Shown in pieces: positions 56,453 through 64,000 of a DNA stretch of 64,000 bases. Position numbers and translations under genes: made by a program. This DNA comes from the human T2T-CHM13v2.0 reference genome, Homo sapiens, in NCBI RefSeq assembly GCF_009914755.1, contig NC_060943.1; one strand, written 5' to 3'. The stretch's first letter is position 1. Every line of letters begins with the position of its first letter. The notes below the pieces were generated by a model. It made no database searches. It was given only the letters and a program-made list of their open reading frames with translations, and had not been told where the DNA came from.

Positions 56453-56784
56453 TTATGCCTGGAGTTGGGAGGCAGGGGATTTCTAGGCAGAGGAAACAGC
56501 AAGTGCAAAAGTCCCGAGGTTGGTTTGAGTTTAGCATATTCCTGGGGCAACCAGAAGGTTGATGACGATGAAGCTGTGGAGAGATAGGGGAAGGGGGGGA
56601 TGCGAGGCCAGGGAGGCTATGGGCCTTCCATATCTTGCAGGGCCTCAAAGGCTGGGGGAAGACTTTGGCAGTTTGTCACTGTATCCTCCACAAGCCACAG
56701 TGAGGCCACAGATATAAATTATATATGAGTGGCCAGGCCACGCCTGTAATCCCAGCATTTTGGGAGGCCGAGGTGGGTGGATCA

Positions 56785-57363
<579 letters not shown>

Positions 57364-57552
57364 TAAAAAGTAAAAAACAGGGGCTGGGTGCAGTGGCTCA
57401 TGCCTGTAATCCCAACACTTTGGGAGGCTGAGGCAGGTGGATCACGAGGTCAGGAGATCAAGACCAGCCTGGCCAACATAGTGAAAACCCATCCTAAAAA
57501 TACAAAAAATTAGCAGGGCGTGGTGGTATGTGCCTGTAATCCCAGCTACTCA

Positions 57553-57651
<99 letters not shown>

Positions 57652-57827
57652 TCATCTAAAAAAAAAAAAAAAAAAAAGTAATAAATAGGACTGGGTATGG
57701 TGGCTCACATCTATACTTTCAGCACTTTGGGAGGCCTAAGCCCAGAAGGATCACTTGAGACCAGGAATTTGAGACCAGCCTAGGCAATATAGCGAGAGCT
57801 CCTCTCTACAGAATATTTAAAAATTAG

Positions 57828-58507
<680 letters not shown>

Positions 58508-58799
58508 TAGTTTTTAGTAGAGACAGGGTTTCACCGTGTTAGCCAGGATGGTCTCGATTTCCTGACCTCGTGATCCACCCGCCTCGGCCTCCCAAAGTGA
58601 GACCGAGCGCCCGGCCGTGAGACCCCCATCTCTTAAAAAATAATAAATAAATAGGCCGGGTGCGGTGGCTCACGCCTGTAATCCCAGCACTTTGGGAGGC
58701 CGAGGCGGGCAGATCACGAGGTCAGGAGATCGAGACTATCCTGGCTAACACGGTGAAATCCCGTCTTTACTAAAAAAAAAAAAAAAATACAAAAAATTA

Positions 58800-59030
<231 letters not shown>

Positions 59031-59044
59031 TTATCCTCCCACGA

Positions 59045-59160
59045 TCACCGCTAATTGTGTTACTGGTAGAAACAACGCGGGAGGTTTTCTGCCGCCCAAA
59101 TCACCACTAATTGTGTTACTGATAGAAACAACGCAGGAGGTTTTCTGCCGCCCAAATCAC
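59045..59160. repeat. 56-bp direct tandem duplication (2 copies, 3 G/A mismatches)
   Basis: tcaccRctaattgtgttactgRtagaaacaacgcRggaggttttctgccgcccaaa repeated twice. Confidence 0.92.
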
Positions 59161-60033
59161 GCTTCTCCCACCCGCCAATCCTCTTGAGCTCAGATTCTAG
59201 GAGAGGGGAAGTCAGACACCCAGATACAGAATTCTGAAGCAGGCTGCAAAGTGTTAAGGGCTGTTACTGGGGTGTCCCGAGAGGACCGCGGAGGCCCAGG
59301 GGAGTTCAGATCCATGGGCTCCATATGGTGCGGGAGGAGGAGGGAGGAGAGCCAGGCACAGGGATTTAGCTTGATGAGTTATGGGAGGTGGGAGATGACA
59401 CACAAAGATGAGTCAGACCTAGTCCTTGCCCTTGAGGGGCTCCCAGCCTCAGTGCAGGGACCACTGTCAGGGTCCATGCGAGCTAAGTGATCTTGGCTTG
59501 GTTTTTCCTCCTCTGCAAAACAGGAGTCATCCCAGCCCCCACTTCCCAGGGGAGCAGAGCAGGTTGAATGGGCTCATGCTGATAAAGTGCCCAGCACAGT
59601 GGTTTGGGGGTACAGGTAACGGAGCTGGTTTGATGACAAGTGCTTTCGCAGGGAGGTGTCAAGGATGTGGGAGATAGGCGTGGGGAGAGGGCGGCTCTGT
59701 CTGAGGAGGGGGTGCGGGCAGGCAGGGCTCACAGTCTCTGTCTTTCTGCCTCCAGGTTTCCTTCTCCCTAAGGCTTTTCGCTCTCATCTCTATCTCTGTT
59801 TTTCTTCATGTTTCTGTATAGAAATTGGATTTCATCCTAGTACTTTGGGAGGCCGAGGCAGGCGGATCACCTGAGGTCAGGAGTTCGAGACCAGCCTGAT
59901 CAACATGCAGAAACCCCGTCTCTACTAAAAATACAAAATTGCTGGGCGTGGTGGCTCAAGCCTGGAATCCCAGCACTTCTGGAGGCCAAGGCGGGCGGAT
60001 CACAAGGTCAGGAGATCAAGACCATCCTGGCTA

Positions 60034-60384
<351 letters not shown>

Positions 60385-61480
60385 TTAAAAAAAAAGAAAA
60401 GAAAAAGAAATTGGATTTCAAAGTTAACTGGCCAAGTGTGGTGGCTCATGCCTGTAATCCCAGCACTTTGGGAGGCCGAGGCAGGCAGATCACCTGAGGT
60501 CAGGAGTTTGAGACCAGCCTGGCCAACATGGTGAAACCCCGTCTCTACTAAAAATACAAAAATTAGCCTGATGTGGTGGTGGGCACCTGTAATCCTTGCT
60601 ACTGGGGAGGATGAGGCAAGAGAATTGCTTGAACCCAGGAGGTGGAGGTTGTAGTAAGCCAAGATTGCACCACTGCATTCAGTGAGCCAAGATCGTGCCT
60701 ATGCACGCCAGCCAGGGCAATAGAATGAGACTCCTTCTCAAAAGACAACCCGGGTCCTGATTTCAACACCTATGAGACATGTCACCCTGATCAAGTTACT
60801 TCCCTTCTCTGGGCCTCAGTTTCCCTATCCAGAAAATGGGGATAATATAACACCTCTGCTATAGGTCTGTTATGAGAAGGGACATATAGATGTGTAAAAT
60901 ATCCAATATGGTGGCCATTAGTATTATTATTACTGATACTAATCTCAGACTCTGTTTTTCTCTCAGCATCTCTTTTTTACATTTATTTATTTATTTATTT
61001 ATTTATTTACTTGAGATGGAGTCTCACTCTGTCGTCCAGGCTGGAGTGCAGTGGTGTGATCTCGGCTCACTACAAACTCTGCCTCCCAGGTTCAAGCAAT
61101 TCTCTAGCCTCAGGCTTCCCAGTACCTGGGATTACAAGCCCGCCACCACGCCCGGCTAATTTTTTGTATTTTTAGTAGAGACAGGGTTTTACCATCTTGG
61201 CCAGGCTGGTCTTAAACTCCTGACCTCATGATCCACCAGCCTCGGCCTCCCAAAGTGCTGGGATTACAGGCGTGAGCCACCGCACCTGGCTACTTTCTTT
61301 CATTCTTTCATTTTTTGTTTGTTTGTTTTTTGAGACAGAATCTCGCTCTATTGCCCAGGTTGGAGTGCAGTGGTGCAATCATGGCCCACAGCAGCCTCAA
61401 CCTCTTAGGCTCAAGTGATCCTCCTGCCTCACCCTTCTGAGTATCTGGGACTACACGAACGAGCAGCCGTGCTTTGCTAA

Positions 61481-61798
<318 letters not shown>

Positions 61799-61973
61799 TG
61801 ACCTCTGCTGAACCAATGTTGGGCAATGCTGGAGACACAGCAGTGACTGAGACAGCCCCAGTCCTGCCCTCATAGGGCACATAGTGTTGGGCACGGTGGC
61901 TCACGCCTATAATCCCAGCACTTTGGGAAACTGAGGCGGTGGATCTCTTTTTTTTTTTTTTTTTTTTTTTTGA

Positions 61974-62078
<105 letters not shown>

Positions 62079-62121
62079 TGAGTAGCTGGGATTGTAGGCG
62101 CACGCCACCACACCCAGCTAA

Positions 62122-62289
<168 letters not shown>

Positions 62290-62292
62290 TAG

Positions 62293-62448
<156 letters not shown>

Positions 62449-62608
62449 TAGTAGAGAGAGGGTTTCACTGTGTTAGCCAGGATGGTCTCAATCTCCTGAC
62501 CTCGTGATCCGCCCACCTCGGCCTCCCAAAGTGCTGGGATTACAGGCGTCAGCCACTGCGCCCAGCCAACTGGATCTCTTTTTTATGTTTTGTTTTATTT
62601 TGTTTTGA

Positions 62609-62767
<159 letters not shown>

Positions 62768-64000
62768 TAGAGATAGGGTTTCACGATGTTGCCCAGGCTG
62801 GTCTCCAACTCCTGGGCTCAAGCAATCCACCCACCTTGGCCTCCCAAAGTGCTGGGATTACAGCTGTGAGCTACAACTCCTAGCCAAGAGGCTTTCTTTA
62901 GGACAGGAGTTCAAGACCAGCCTGGGCAACAGAGTGAGACCCCATCTCTAAAAAAAAAATAAAAATATAGCCGAGCGTGGTGGAGGCCACCTGTAAACCC
63001 AGCCACTCAGCAGGCTGAGGCATGAGAATCGCGTGAACCCAGGAAGCAGAGGTTGCAGTAAGCCGAGATCGTGCACTCTAGCCTGGGTGACAGAGCAAAA
63101 TCCCATCTCAAAAAATCATAATAATTAAACAAACAAATAAATAAATTAGCTGCACTTTGTGGCCTGTGCCTGTAGTCCTAGCTACTGGGGAGGCTGAGGT
63201 GGGAGGATCATTGAGCCCAGGAGGTCAAAGCTGCAGTGAGCCATGATTGTATCACTCCACTCCAGTCTGGACGACAGAGCAAGACGCTGCTCGAAAAAAA
63301 AAAAAAAAAATAGCCTAGAGGGAAAGGCCTAGGTTTGCCTGCTCTCCCTGAGGCTTGAAAAGGGGCTTAGGGGCTTGCTGAGCACTACCAGGGAGCAATC
63401 AGGGACCCCTACAAGTTTGAATCTTTCAATTGATCCTTCCCAGGGCTGGCGGTTTACACTGGGTTTTGGAGCCGTCTCTAGGGCCCCAGCTGAGAGCCCC
63501 TCTGCTGGCCTCTGAGGCCCTGGAGCCCCCACCTCCCCCTCCCGCATGAGATTATGTCAACATAGCCCAGACGCTTCTGGCCAGGACAATATTTGCCCTC
63601 AGGATCTGGGGAGGTCGCTATGGAGATGTGCCCTCCCAGACTAGGCTGGAAGACGCCGAGGGGAGCCATGCGTCTCTGTCTCACGGAGTCTGACTTAATC
63701 CCTGTTCTCTTCTGGGATATAAGTCCCTCTCTCTGTTTTCGTCCCTCTCTGTTCCCCTCCTTTCCCTTTCCTTCCCCTCTCCTCCCCTTCCCTCTCCCTG
63801 TCTCTCTCTCCTTTTTTTTTTTTTTTTTTTTTTTTGAGATAGGGTCTCACTCTGTCACCCAGGCTGGAGTGTAGTGGCGTGACCTCCGCCTCCCGGGCTC
63901 AAGCCATCCTCCCACCTCAGCCTCCCCAGCAGCTGGGACCACAGGTGCGTGCCACCATGCCCAGCTAATATTTTTTTGTAGAGATGCAGTTTTGCCACAT

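Overview
Human genomic DNA, very Alu-dense. I recognise it as the 19q13.3 GPR4-EML2-(GIPR) interval; the location is from recall and gene order, not a database search. The main feature is the complete EML2 gene (echinoderm microtubule-associated protein-like 2) on the minus strand. I reconstructed its exons from GT-AG sites and reading-frame phase. Three alternative first exons give CDSs of 2553, 2391 and 1950 nt (850, 796 and 649 aa), with the stop at 14929 and AATAAA at 14680-14685. MIR330 lies in an EML2 intron (44260-44353). The window also contains the probable non-coding first exon and promoter of GPR4, a full-length SVA, a 7SL retrocopy, a THE1 solo LTR and many Alu, MIR and L2 fragments. 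Points worth follow-up: (1) a textbook U12 (minor spliceosome) intron interrupting the HELP motif, plus a second, degenerate U12-like 92-nt intron found only in the long isoforms; (2) the SVA's target-site duplication lies about 390 bp upstream of its hexamers, implying a 5' transduction of Alu mosaic sequence with a splice-like junction; (3) a non-Alu inverted repeat with ~195-bp arms around a motif-rich spacer between EML2 and GPR4; (4) a near-palindromic RFX X-box inside the 'coding' part of the distal first exon. I found no evidence for a wholly new protein-coding system; most ORFs in the track are Alu or SVA artefacts.
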